In this document: positions 18,682 through 28,680 of the stretch, in pieces | How positions within the stretch are numbered: position 1 is the first letter of the stretch | How the letters are laid out: the number at the start of each line of letters is the position of its first letter | Position numbers and translations under genes: made by a program | From: an uncultured Bacteroidales bacterium | Lineage (GTDB): Bacteria > Bacteroidota > Bacteroidia > Bacteroidales > FEN-979 | Direction: 5' to 3' | NCBI GenBank assembly: GCA_963800585.1 | Contig: CAWDBP010000002.1 | Coordinates: forward strand, 93,002-157,001 | DNA: 64,000 nucleotides | The notes under the pieces: model-generated | Database searches by the model: none | What the model was told of the DNA's origin: nothing | The model's input: only the letters and a program-made list of their open reading frames with translations

Positions 18682-20829
18682 TTAATTTAATTCCATCAGT
18701 AACTTCTTCAGCGTTTCTTTAATATTGGCAGGCTTGAAATAGCCCATATTTTCCAGTTCATTTATTCCATTCATTCCATTCTTTAATTTTGGCTCGAGAT
18801 TTTTTGCCTGGTCGAGGAATATATTTGCATTGGCTTTATCACCCTTACTGTAACTAATAAATGCAAGTCCCAAAAGTGAGTCAAAACTCTTACTATCCAA
18901 TTCCAGGGCTTTCCGGAATTGCAACTCCCCATGATCATAATCCCCTTTGGCCAGATAGAAATAACCTACTTTGTCATATAGTCCTGCATTTTGCGGATCA
19001 ATCCGGATAGCTTTAAAACCATCGGCAATGGCATTGTCCCACTGATTAAGCCTGCCATAGGCAAGACTGCGGTTTGACAATGCATCTTTATATCCAGGGT
19101 CAAGTTCAATTGCTTTTGAGTAATCGGCAATAGCTTTGTCAAAATATCCAAGATTAGCATACGTCAACCCCCTGTTTGAGTACCCTTTCGAATATTTTGG
19201 ATTTATCTGTAAAGCTCTGGAAAAATCTGTTATTGCTTTATTATACTGACCAAGAACCCCATATGAAAGGGCGCGTCCCGCATAGGCGTCAAAATCCAAT
19301 GTGTTAATTTCAATCGCTTTAGAGAAATCATCAATGGATTTGTCCCATTGGCCGGTATGCTGATAAGCCACTCCACGGTCAACATATCCCCATCCGTACT
19401 TCGAATCCATCTCGATCACCCTGGTAAAATCAGTTATTGCATTATCCCATTGTTCAAGCGAGGTGAAGGCAATTCCCCTGTTTGCATAAGACTTATAAAT
19501 GTTATTGGGGTATTTTTCAATTACATCATTCCACAGGGTGAAATCATTTTCCCAGATTTTAGTCCTGTTAAATGACAGGACTGTAAATATGAGAATGATA
19601 AAAAATAAGACACCCAGTACCTGTGTTTTCCATTCTTTCTTATTCCGGATCAGCTGGTCGGTCGACCATCCTGCCAGGAAGCAGAAACCCAGATATGGGA
19701 TGTAGGAAAAACGATCGGCCAGGAACCCTATTCCCTGAGTCAGTATCTGGGCCTGAAACATTAGGATTATATTAACGAGGAAGAAAAGACTTCCGAACAA
19801 AATCGCACGGGTTTTGCGGGTAACCCGGTAAATTAAAAATCCAAGAACTAAGATAAAAAGTGGACTTATGTAATACAAGAAAGGCAGTGAATGGCCAGGT
19901 GCACTTAACCATGGATAAAGTGCACTTAATTGAAATGGTGCAAAGAATTTGATTATGTAAGCACTTAACGCATAAAATCCCATAAAAACCTGGTCTGAAA
20001 TGCTGACAATCTCAGTTGCTTTTAATGCACCCTGTTTTTGAAACATTAATATCTCTGCAATACCAAAAATCAGAGATAAAATAAAAAATGGAACTTTTTC
20101 GATAAGAACCTTGCTTTTTAAAGGTCGCCCGAGGTAATAGTCAATTAAGAGTAAACTTAAAGGCAGTGTCACTGCTGTAATCTTAGAAAAAAGTGAACAA
20201 ATGAAAAGGAATAAACTCAGAAGAAAAAACAATAGTTTATTTTTCTGCGAATTTAAATAGTTGAAATAAACAATTATGGATGCACAACAGAACAAGTAGC
20301 AAAGCAGGTCCTTCCTTTCAGCTATCCAGGCAACGGATTCCACGTGCATTGGGTGAACCCCAAAGATCATGGCTCCAATTGCCGCATAGACCGGTTTTAG
20401 CTTTAGCATTCTGAGGATTTGAAATACAAGCAGTGTGCACAGCAGGTGCAGAATGAGGTTCGACAAGTGAAAGATGAAAGGATTGAGCCCGAATAATTTG
20501 TATTCGACGGTAAAGGTCAGGATTGGAATAGGGACATAGCTACTGGCAACGGTAGTGGTGAATATTTCTTTTAATGAACTTTGATTTAAGTTTTGGATTG
20601 ATTGGTTATTAATAACATATGCACCATCATCCCATGTTGGAATAAAGCCATTCTTCAAAGATGGAAAAAAAGCAATGAATGTCAGGCATAGGATCAGGAT
20701 CATTAAAAATAAAGGTTTCTCAATTATCGATTGTTTTTGTTCAATCTGGTTTGGAGGATCTTCCCGGTGGGTATTTTTAGCATATGCTAAGGCAGGTTTG
20801 GAGCGGGGTTTATATGATTTCTTTGACAT
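18682..20829 (-). CDS. TMTC-like membrane protein: PMT_2/DUF1736-type polytopic N-terminal half plus C-terminal TPR array (putative protein O-mannosyl/glycosyltransferase)
   Basis: 715 aa. HPMHVESVAWIAERKDLL is the DUF1736 signature, and there are more than 10 TM segments. The C-terminal ~300 aa carry about 9 TPR units (repeating W..AI.D..KAI..DP....AY..RG). Confidence 0.7.
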   Translation of the reverse strand: MSKKSYKPRSKPALAYAKNTHREDPPNQIEQKQSIIEKPLFLMILILCLTFIAFFPSLKNGFIPTWDDGAYVINNQSIQNLNQSSLKEIFTTTVASSYVPIPILTFTVEYKLFGLNPFIFHLSNLILHLLCTLLVFQILRMLKLKPVYAAIGAMIFGVHPMHVESVAWIAERKDLLCYLFCCASIIVYFNYLNSQKNKLLFFLLSLFLFICSLFSKITAVTLPLSLLLIDYYLGRPLKSKVLIEKVPFFILSLIFGIAEILMFQKQGALKATEIVSISDQVFMGFYALSAYIIKFFAPFQLSALYPWLSAPGHSLPFLYYISPLFILVLGFLIYRVTRKTRAILFGSLFFLVNIILMFQAQILTQGIGFLADRFSYIPYLGFCFLAGWSTDQLIRNKKEWKTQVLGVLFFIILIFTVLSFNRTKIWENDFTLWNDVIEKYPNNIYKSYANRGIAFTSLEQWDNAITDFTRVIEMDSKYGWGYVDRGVAYQHTGQWDKSIDDFSKAIEINTLDFDAYAGRALSYGVLGQYNKAITDFSRALQINPKYSKGYSNRGLTYANLGYFDKAIADYSKAIELDPGYKDALSNRSLAYGRLNQWDNAIADGFKAIRIDPQNAGLYDKVGYFYLAKGDYDHGELQFRKALELDSKSFDSLLGLAFISYSKGDKANANIFLDQAKNLEPKLKNGMNGINELENMGYFKPANIKETLKKLLMELN

Positions 20830-20965
20830 AAGTTAGACTCTTGAAATCTTTGGCAGTATAAATGCTTATGCAAAAATAGAATAAAGGTAATTTCTTTGCG
20901 ATCTTTGTGAAATTCTTTGCAACTTTGCAAAAGCAGATCAGAAATGATAGAAAATCATTTAAAAA

Positions 20966-21652
20966 ATGGATAATACCGGCAAAAGTACCAGTTTAACTTT
21001 CCTGGAAAAGATCATTCTACTTGCCCTGGATGATAAAGGCTGGTTTGGCAATTCAGAGAACAGCATTAAATTCGGACTGGCCGGCGCGATATTATATGAA
21101 CTATTCAAACATGACCGCATTGAGTTTAAAGAAGGGGTATTAGTGGTTAAAGACCTGACAGCTATGGAAGACCCGCTCTTTGACAGGGTTCTTGAATTTA
21201 TGCGTTCCGTTAAGAAGAACAGGAGTATCCGCAATTGGATCCAGCGGATGGTCTATAAAAAGATGATGATCAGGAAAAGTATTATCCGGTCACTCATTGC
21301 AAAGAATATGATCCGTAAAGAGGAATACAGTTTCTTTTGGGTCATGTACCAGTTCAAATATCCTGTTATCAATACCGAACTTAAAAACCGGGTGAGAGAA
21401 GAGATCTTCAACCGGATCGTGAATGAAGAAAAGTTGAATGGATATGACCTGATGATGATCTCGGTGATGGATTCATGCAAGATATATCGTAAGAACTTCA
21501 GGAATTTCCCTAATTATCCAAAATTCAGGAAAAGGATCAAAGATTTACTTAGGTTCAGTGATCCGGAGATGGAAGATGTAAAACTAATCGGAGCCATCGA
21601 CTATGCTATACGGAGGGCCATAGTGGCTTCAAACGTCTCCATTCACGCATAA
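20966..21652 (+). CDS. GPP34 (GOLPH3/Vps74-like) family protein
   Basis: 228 aa. N-terminal LTFLEKIILLALDDKGWF...GLAGAILYEL and the overall helical pattern are typical of bacterial GPP34-family members. Confidence 0.6.
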   Translation: MDNTGKSTSLTFLEKIILLALDDKGWFGNSENSIKFGLAGAILYELFKHDRIEFKEGVLVVKDLTAMEDPLFDRVLEFMRSVKKNRSIRNWIQRMVYKKMMIRKSIIRSLIAKNMIRKEEYSFFWVMYQFKYPVINTELKNRVREEIFNRIVNEEKLNGYDLMMISVMDSCKIYRKNFRNFPNYPKFRKRIKDLLRFSDPEMEDVKLIGAIDYAIRRAIVASNVSIHA

Positions 21653-22596
21653 AATTTCCCCTGGTAGCTTTCGCGTTTTTCAAGTTCTGCCTCAATCCGG
21701 CGAAGAACTTCATCATAGCGGATCAATCCCATATTTGTTTCTGTCAGAAACTTCGGAGGCATTTCACTAGTAAAACGTTCAATGACAATGGATGGATTCA
21801 GTTTTTCAATAAACCGGATGATAAAGTCGATGTAATCATCCAATGTAAATGAATGGAATGCAGAACGGTTTTCCGTGAATTCCTGCTCCATACGGGTACC
21901 TTTTACAATCTGAAGCTGATGGAATTTAATTGTATCCAGGGGGAGCCGTGAAATCACCTCACCTGTACGGAACATCTCATCAAGATCCTCACCGGGTAAT
22001 CCGAAAATATAATGGGCGCCTGTTTTTATCCCATATTCATGGATCTTTCTTATCATCCGGATTGCGAGTTCTGAATCGTGGCCACGGTTGATCCTGGCCA
22101 GCGTTTGGTTGTTGTGAGTTTCAACACCATACTCAACCTGGATATACCATTTCTTTGAGAGTCCAGCCAGGTATTCCAGCTTTTCGTCATCCACGCAATC
22201 AGGGCGTGTAGCGATTACCAGCCCTGCCACACCCGGATAAGAAAGGGCCTCTTCATATTTTTCTTTCAATATTCCAAGTGGAGCATAAGTATTGGAGAAT
22301 GGCTGAAAGTAAACCAGGAATTTCTTTGCCCGCCTGTAGCGTAGGGAATGAAATTCAATCCCTTCCTCAATCTGTTGCCTTAAAGGTTTTTGCGGATCAC
22401 AATAGGAAGGGTTGAATCCACGGTTGTCGCAATAAGTACAACCACCTGTTCCTTTGGAACCATCCCGGTTTGGGCAGGTAAATCCTGCGTCGATTGTTAC
22501 TTTCTGGACCCTCCCACCGAATTGCTTTTTTATGTACTCCGCATAAGAGTTAAACCTGCGGGAGTGGTGCCAGGGATATGGTTCATTATTCTGCAT
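21643..22596 (-). CDS. TIGR01212-family radical SAM protein (YhcC-like)
   Basis: GFTCPNRDGSKGTGGCTYC cluster near the N-terminus, at 317 aa the typical size. Its 3' end overlaps the convergent GPP34 gene by 10 bp. Confidence 0.8.
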   Translation of the reverse strand: MQNNEPYPWHHSRRFNSYAEYIKKQFGGRVQKVTIDAGFTCPNRDGSKGTGGCTYCDNRGFNPSYCDPQKPLRQQIEEGIEFHSLRYRRAKKFLVYFQPFSNTYAPLGILKEKYEEALSYPGVAGLVIATRPDCVDDEKLEYLAGLSKKWYIQVEYGVETHNNQTLARINRGHDSELAIRMIRKIHEYGIKTGAHYIFGLPGEDLDEMFRTGEVISRLPLDTIKFHQLQIVKGTRMEQEFTENRSAFHSFTLDDYIDFIIRFIEKLNPSIVIERFTSEMPPKFLTETNMGLIRYDEVLRRIEAELEKRESYQGKFYA

Positions 22597-22612
22597 TTGT
22601 TAAATACACAAC

Positions 22613-23878
22613 TTACATATTCAAGACGATCTCGGTGCCAAATTCCGAGCATTTGAGTTTGACAGCACCTTCCATCAGGCGCTCAAAGTCATAAGTCACA
22701 CGTTTCTTCAGGATGGATTGCTGCAGGCCTTTCACAATCAAATCAGCCGCTTCTTTCCATCCCATGTATTCCAGCATCATCACGCCTGACAGGATCACCG
22801 AACCGGGATTGACCATATCCTTTCCGGCGTATTTTGGAGCTGTTCCATGCGTGGCCTCAAAGACTGCATGTCCTGTCATATAATTAATATTGGCACCCGG
22901 GGCGATGCCGATCCCGCCAACAATAGCTGCCAGTGCATCAGAAATATAATCGCCGTTCAGGTTCAATGTTGCGATAACTGAATAATCTGCAGGTCTTGTA
23001 AGGATCTGCTGAAGGAATGCGTCTGCAATCACATCTTTGATGATAATCTTGTTGTTAGCAATGGCCGATTTCTGGGCCGCTTCTGCAGCTTCTTCACCCT
23101 GGGTTTCTTTTATTTTATCGTACTGAACCCATGTAAATACATGGTCGGCGAATTCCTTTTCAGCCAGCTCATAGCCCCACTTCTTGAACTGCCCCTCGGT
23201 AAATTTCATAATGTTGCCTTTATGAACCAGGGTCACCGAAGGCTTCTTTTCGCGGATGGCATATTCAATGGCAGCTCTTACCAGACGTTCGGTCCCCTCT
23301 TTGGAAACCGGTTTGATGCCGATCGAGGAAGATTCAGGAAAACGGATCTTCTTCACGCCCATCTCTTCTATTAGGAAATCAATAATACGCTTTGCTTCAG
23401 GGGTTCCCTGCATCCATTCAATTCCGGCATAGATATCTTCTGAATTCTCACGAAAGATAATCATGTCAGTAGTCTCAGGTCTTTTAACTGGTGAAGGAAC
23501 ACCTTTAAAATACTTCACCGGCCGAAGACAGACATAAAGGTCAAGGATCTGGCGCAGGGCCACGTTCAGTGAACGGATCCCTCCACCTACCGGGGTGGTT
23601 AACGGACCTTTAATGGCAACAATATATTCACGTATCGCATCCAGGGTTTCGTCAGGGAGCCAGTTGCCGGTCTGTTTGAAGGCCTTCTCTCCTGCCAGGA
23701 CTTCCTTCCATATTATCTTTCGCTTTCCCTTGTATGCTTTTTCAACTGCCGCATCGAATACCTTAACACTTGCGTTCCATATGTCAGGACCAGTCCCGTC
23801 ACCTTCAATAAAAGGGATTATCGGATGATCCGGAACTATTAATTTTCCTTTTTCAATTGTAATTTTCTCTCCGTTCAT
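22613..23878 (-). CDS. icd: NADP-dependent isocitrate dehydrogenase
   Basis: 421 aa with [39 protein letters not shown] and [13 protein letters not shown] motifs. Confidence 0.95.
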   Translation of the reverse strand: MNGEKITIEKGKLIVPDHPIIPFIEGDGTGPDIWNASVKVFDAAVEKAYKGKRKIIWKEVLAGEKAFKQTGNWLPDETLDAIREYIVAIKGPLTTPVGGGIRSLNVALRQILDLYVCLRPVKYFKGVPSPVKRPETTDMIIFRENSEDIYAGIEWMQGTPEAKRIIDFLIEEMGVKKIRFPESSSIGIKPVSKEGTERLVRAAIEYAIREKKPSVTLVHKGNIMKFTEGQFKKWGYELAEKEFADHVFTWVQYDKIKETQGEEAAEAAQKSAIANNKIIIKDVIADAFLQQILTRPADYSVIATLNLNGDYISDALAAIVGGIGIAPGANINYMTGHAVFEATHGTAPKYAGKDMVNPGSVILSGVMMLEYMGWKEAADLIVKGLQQSILKKRVTYDFERLMEGAVKLKCSEFGTEIVLNM

Positions 23879-23925
23879 TCTTCTGTTTGTATTAATGTAA
23901 CATCATTTTATTGCCGGCTTCTCGT

Positions 23926-23944
23926 CCCCCGGTTTCACCGGGGG
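23926..23944 (-). other. GC-only 7-bp hairpin CCCCCGG-TTTCA-CCGGGGG between the giant gene and icd (terminator or icd 5' leader structure)
   Basis: Read directly. A second small hairpin, TGCCC-TCC-GGGCA, lies at 23957-23969. No T-run follows on the minus strand. Confidence 0.35.
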
Positions 23945-23978
23945 TTATTCATATTATGCCCTCCGGGCAAAGACAAGT

Positions 23979-24060
23979 GTAATATGCAAAATGTAAAGTG
24001 TAAAAAAACCAAAACCTAATATCCAACACCTAACTTCTATTGTCAATTATCAATTATTTC
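23979..24060. repeat. Three consecutive heptad word families (GTAATAT GCAAAAT GTAAAGT GTAAAAA / AACCAAA ACCTAAT ATCCAAC ACCTAAC / ATTGTCA ATTATCA ATTATTT)
   Basis: Read directly. It lies immediately 3' of the stop of the 1529-aa gene (minus strand). Confidence 0.8.
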
Positions 24061-24066
24061 TGTATT

Positions 24067-27000
24067 CTAATCGTTAAGTCGTTTAACAAGTGCACCCCAC
24101 TTTTTATCCACTTCAAAATAGTGTTTCAGGTAATAATTTCCCAGGAGAAAATGGGCTTTAACAACTTTGACGCCTCTTGCCGCCATGCTGGTAAAGAAAT
24201 TCTCGATCATCCCCGATGCGATCCCTCTTCCCTGCAATGACGAGGTAACTACGACGCCATCCAGTAAAATATTATTATTGTCAAGATTTCGCCAGGTCAT
24301 CCCTGCTATGATCTTCTCATTTTCATCGGTCACTATGTAATGATGATCGGCATCAGAAATCTCTTTCGGGTAATTTTCACGGAAGAAAAGTTGATAAAGC
24401 TGGCCTATCTCCCTCGGTTCCACCGGATCACGCTGGATATATTCCGTGCCGGATTTATCAATAACCAGGAATTTAACGACCAGGTGTTCCTTCAAACGTT
24501 CACCCACTTTCATAAAATCGATCTTCTGGTCATTCATAAGCCGCGGGAAAATCATCCTGCTAAAAATATTTTTATCATCTGCACCACTAATCACCGACTG
24601 CAGGGCCGATAATTCAACAAGCTGGATCGGCAGTAAGTGAGGTTCTCCCATCATTTTCTCAAGCAGTTTATCAAAATTAACTTTTACTTCTGCTGATGCA
24701 TCCATAAAAAAAGAATACCTGTAGAAATAATAACGTACAAGTTCAGGATACTCCTGCAGTTTGTATAATTCAAGTAATTCAAATAACGTTTGTTCCTTTG
24801 CCGCACAGGTTGTTAACGGGTTCATCCTGTACCATTCAGTATATTGGTCGATGGCACTGTACAGGGCCAGTGGCAGATAATATCTTTTTTTGCTGGCGGT
24901 AAGGTATTTAGCCAGGTCGTCGGCCAAGTTGCCATTGTCAAAATAATAAACCGGCTTTTGTTCCAGATCCTTGCGAAGAGTTTCGAGAAAGGCCATTGCT
25001 TCTTCCCTGCCCAGGGCCTCGATACAGGCATCAAAAATCCAGGCAATCTCCATTTGTTTTCCACACCAGGGATACAAAGCAGCGGTTTTACAATAAAAAT
25101 CCTGGAGGATTGGGCCGACTAATGATACCGTATTTTTATAAGTGGTCCATCCTGTGAGTGAAACAATGACTGCACTTTCACGGAAATCCATTTCCGGGAC
25201 CACTACATTATTCGGGCTGATAAGACCTGGAACAATCTGGTAGCCACTATGATGCCATGCCCTGAAGATCACAGTAAACGCCTTCGTAAAAACTTTTTTC
25301 CAGGAGTTCGGATTAACAAAGCCAGCCGATTTATGGACCTCAGCGAACTCACGGATCTTGTCCCAGGCGGTAAGTCCACCGATGTATTGTGTGGAAAGGA
25401 TCCCAAGTCCTGGCCGGCTGCTGCCCAAGAAAGGACCAACGGCTGGTCCATAAGGGAAACCGGCGAGTGAGGCCAGCCAGTAAAACGTATCCTGCTTAGG
25501 CCTGAAATCAGGATTCTCGCTCATTACCATATGCAGATCGTAATGTTTTCCTGATTTCGTATTTATACTCAAACGGTAATGCCGGAATTCCTTATATGCC
25601 TGAAGACGAAGCACCCAGATCCCGTTTGAGGGAACATCATATAAGTCAAAACTCTGTTCGTTAAAGGCAAGGATAATACTTTCGGCCAGGTAAGTCGTTG
25701 ATTGAAAAATCTTCAGGATCCGCTCTTTCTCCAGACCCTGCATCCCATATTCAAACAGTATCTTCTTTTGCCATATCTCTAAAGGATATTCCGGAATCTT
25801 CTCTTCCATCGACTTTTCAAACACCTCTGAGAGCCGGTAAAAATACTCTTCCGCCTTTTTCGAGAGGTAAAGATCTTTCTTATGAAGGATCCATCTCGAT
25901 AATTCTGCACGCACGGATACATAAAACTCCAGGTGTTCAACTGCAAAGTTGAAGAGCATCCCGAGAACGCTTTCAAACTGCTGCTGATTTTTCTCATTGG
26001 CAGGCCATTCCATGTGAGTGCGATACCAATATAGCCGTTGTTTCAGCGCATCCAGCCTGTGTTTTCCGAAATTACCCGATGCTATTTCCCTTATTGATTT
26101 CTTATTCAGGAATGAAAGTCCCGATTCAATGAAAACCGTAAGATTCTGGATCTGCTCCGGATCGGGAGCTTTCAGAAGGATCGTCCGGTAGGCAAGTGTA
26201 CGTATCTCTTCTTCCTTATGATAAGCCAGGGCTTCCATTCGCAGACGCATCACCCACGCAAGCCTTGGATCAACCTGGTTAAACATCTGTCCTAATTCGG
26301 TAACAGCCTTAATTGATTCTTCAACTGAAAGGAACAGGGCCCGGCAAGTGAGTTGATGAGCTTTGAACAGTTCCTGGTTCCGGATTGATTTAACCGGGAG
26401 AAGATCATCCTCCTTATAATTTCTGTCCTGATTAAAATAAGCTGATTCAGAAATAGCTCCAAGAGCAAGATCCCAACCTTCCTTCACCGGACAGAAGGCA
26501 ACCAACTGTGGATTTCCCAACCAGATCTTGGGCTGTCGCGCAAAAATACCAAGATCAATATCAGTGGAGGCAATTTTATAGCGCAGATCTCCGATCTCAT
26601 AAATGTTGGTTGCGGTTTTCGAAACATGAAGATACCGTTTATTCCTCCTGTCAAACAATTTCCCTTCCTTGTAAAGAATGTCGTTTTCCAAAATGCCAAG
26701 ATCCCTGAAAAACCACCTGGGAATACGGATATTAAAATCTTCAATTGGGATGGATATGACATTACTGATGTAGAGGGTTTCAATAACAGGAAGAAAATTC
26801 TTCTCGATCGTCTTACGATTAAATGAACCTTTCGGAGTCAGTTCTCCCATTTCACTGCTGAAATGCCTTTCGATCAGAGTAAAGTTGATCACGCGTTCAT
26901 AGGGCGCTGCATCAGCATTTGCCGCCATCACGATCTGGTGAAAATATTCATTCAGGTTATCACCGGAAAGATCTTTGTATAAGGGATCTTCTTTATCAGG

Positions 27001-28656
27001 AGAGATCAACAGGACATTATAGGGCCGGTTATCGCCAACCAGGAATGTATCTTTTATACCCGGTACATTATAAAACTTTTTTTCGATGACCCGGGGTGCC
27101 ACTGTTTGTCCCCGGTTATTCTTATAAATATCCTTGATACGGTCAACTATCTCATAGTAACCGGCTTCAGTAACAGTGAAGACATCGCCGGTCGATAACC
27201 AACCGGTCTTATTTGCAGGATCAGGGTAAGGTATATGGTCGCCAGGACCGGCTTCTTCAAGGTATTTACCTATATAATGCCCGGAAATCTCCAGCTCTGA
27301 ATCCGCAGTCAATCTGACCTTCACTCCCGGTAATGGAATGCCAACTGACATTTCACGATAATGCCCGGGGGGCGTCATTGTGATGCCGCCTGTGGCTTCA
27401 GTCATGCCAAATCCGCTGCAGAGGGCAATGCCATATTGGTTAAAAAAGCGAAATACCAAGGGGTCAAGGTAGCCAGCTGCTGAAAGTCCCCAGTGTAATC
27501 TCTGCCCAACAACTTCCCTGACTGCCTGTTCCCTGAGATCTGCATTTTCAATATGACCGATCTTTTCCTGGCATAGTTCATAAAGTTCCTGCCAACGTAA
27601 GGGAATGCTGATAAAACCGGAAGGATTTATCTTTGGAAATAAAGAGAACAGCGTTTCGGCTGAGCTGTTACCGGCAAAGGTGTATGTCCCGCTCCAGAAG
27701 ATAGTCCCAATCATTTCAAGGTATCTGCCGAAGGTATGGAACAATGGAAGGTAACTTAAAAAGATTTCATCCCCGGAAGATGGCAATGCAGCAGCACGTG
27801 CAAACCGCTTACTTACAATATTGTAAATGGAAAAAGAAACACCTTTTGGCAGACCTGTACTCCCTGAAGTGAACATGGTTGTTGCAACTTCAGTGTTTTT
27901 CCGGTTTGTATTCCGGGCCAGCATTTCCTCAATCTCAGTTCCGGAAAGTTTCTTGCATTCTTTCTGAAGGAAGATCGATTCCCCCTCTTTTGCCAATCCT
28001 GCTGACACGGTAAATATTTTGAATCTTGTTTTCGATTTCGCCTTCACTTTCAATAATACCGAACAGCGCTCTTTCGAATCTGCAACAACAATATTTATCT
28101 TCAGAAGATCGAATATATGAACCAGTATATCTGCGGAGAAATGAATGCTGAGAGGCGTATCGAAGATGTTATAACAGAGACAGGCCAAATCGGCACAGGC
28201 GCCTTCGAGTCCATTATCAGCATAGATCGCCACGCTTGGCACCTTCGCGGAATGATAAAATACCGTTGCTATTTCACGGAGGTGCCTTTGTATCTGTTCA
28301 TATGACCATTCCACAGGATTTGGTGAAGCCATTTCCCTGAACAAGATCCGTTCAGGATGTTCATTTACGCGGCTGTTCATCATATCCTGCAGGCCATAGT
28401 TAGTATGTTGTAATATTTTGAATACAACTTCTGCCCATCGAATTCTTGCTGCATCGTCGCTCAATGCCCTGAGGAAATCCTTTTTCTTAGTCGTATCCAG
28501 GAAATCCAACCAGGCTATCCTCTCAACTAAATCTGTATTATTTGCAGAGAATAGGGATTCGGCTTCATCAAGGAGACGCATGGCAAGAGCAGGATTATCC
28601 TTTTGTGATGGATTCCTGTTTTTCCACTCCTCAACCAGGTTCACGACAGATGGCAT
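24067..28656 (-). CDS. Giant three-part protein: AMP-forming acyl-CoA/acyl-AMP ligase domain, ~750-aa region of unknown function, C-terminal GNAT acetyltransferase domain
   Basis: 1529 aa. The adenylation core motifs are all present: TSGSTGLPKG, GFGMTEATG, WLSTGDV, VDRIKDIYK, TPKGSFNRK (aa ~100-650; nt ~26700-28360). The GNAT-like tail is VVVTSSLQGRGIASGMIENFF (aa ~1390-1529; nt 24067-24490). I recognise no domain in the middle. Confidence 0.8.
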   Translation of the reverse strand: MPSVVNLVEEWKNRNPSQKDNPALAMRLLDEAESLFSANNTDLVERIAWLDFLDTTKKKDFLRALSDDAARIRWAEVVFKILQHTNYGLQDMMNSRVNEHPERILFREMASPNPVEWSYEQIQRHLREIATVFYHSAKVPSVAIYADNGLEGACADLACLCYNIFDTPLSIHFSADILVHIFDLLKINIVVADSKERCSVLLKVKAKSKTRFKIFTVSAGLAKEGESIFLQKECKKLSGTEIEEMLARNTNRKNTEVATTMFTSGSTGLPKGVSFSIYNIVSKRFARAAALPSSGDEIFLSYLPLFHTFGRYLEMIGTIFWSGTYTFAGNSSAETLFSLFPKINPSGFISIPLRWQELYELCQEKIGHIENADLREQAVREVVGQRLHWGLSAAGYLDPLVFRFFNQYGIALCSGFGMTEATGGITMTPPGHYREMSVGIPLPGVKVRLTADSELEISGHYIGKYLEEAGPGDHIPYPDPANKTGWLSTGDVFTVTEAGYYEIVDRIKDIYKNNRGQTVAPRVIEKKFYNVPGIKDTFLVGDNRPYNVLLISPDKEDPLYKDLSGDNLNEYFHQIVMAANADAAPYERVINFTLIERHFSSEMGELTPKGSFNRKTIEKNFLPVIETLYISNVISIPIEDFNIRIPRWFFRDLGILENDILYKEGKLFDRRNKRYLHVSKTATNIYEIGDLRYKIASTDIDLGIFARQPKIWLGNPQLVAFCPVKEGWDLALGAISESAYFNQDRNYKEDDLLPVKSIRNQELFKAHQLTCRALFLSVEESIKAVTELGQMFNQVDPRLAWVMRLRMEALAYHKEEEIRTLAYRTILLKAPDPEQIQNLTVFIESGLSFLNKKSIREIASGNFGKHRLDALKQRLYWYRTHMEWPANEKNQQQFESVLGMLFNFAVEHLEFYVSVRAELSRWILHKKDLYLSKKAEEYFYRLSEVFEKSMEEKIPEYPLEIWQKKILFEYGMQGLEKERILKIFQSTTYLAESIILAFNEQSFDLYDVPSNGIWVLRLQAYKEFRHYRLSINTKSGKHYDLHMVMSENPDFRPKQDTFYWLASLAGFPYGPAVGPFLGSSRPGLGILSTQYIGGLTAWDKIREFAEVHKSAGFVNPNSWKKVFTKAFTVIFRAWHHSGYQIVPGLISPNNVVVPEMDFRESAVIVSLTGWTTYKNTVSLVGPILQDFYCKTAALYPWCGKQMEIAWIFDACIEALGREEAMAFLETLRKDLEQKPVYYFDNGNLADDLAKYLTASKKRYYLPLALYSAIDQYTEWYRMNPLTTCAAKEQTLFELLELYKLQEYPELVRYYFYRYSFFMDASAEVKVNFDKLLEKMMGEPHLLPIQLVELSALQSVISGADDKNIFSRMIFPRLMNDQKIDFMKVGERLKEHLVVKFLVIDKSGTEYIQRDPVEPREIGQLYQLFFRENYPKEISDADHHYIVTDENEKIIAGMTWRNLDNNNILLDGVVVTSSLQGRGIASGMIENFFTSMAARGVKVVKAHFLLGNYYLKHYFEVDKKWGALVKRLND

Positions 28657-28680
28657 GCGGTTATTCTTTTTTTAGAATTG

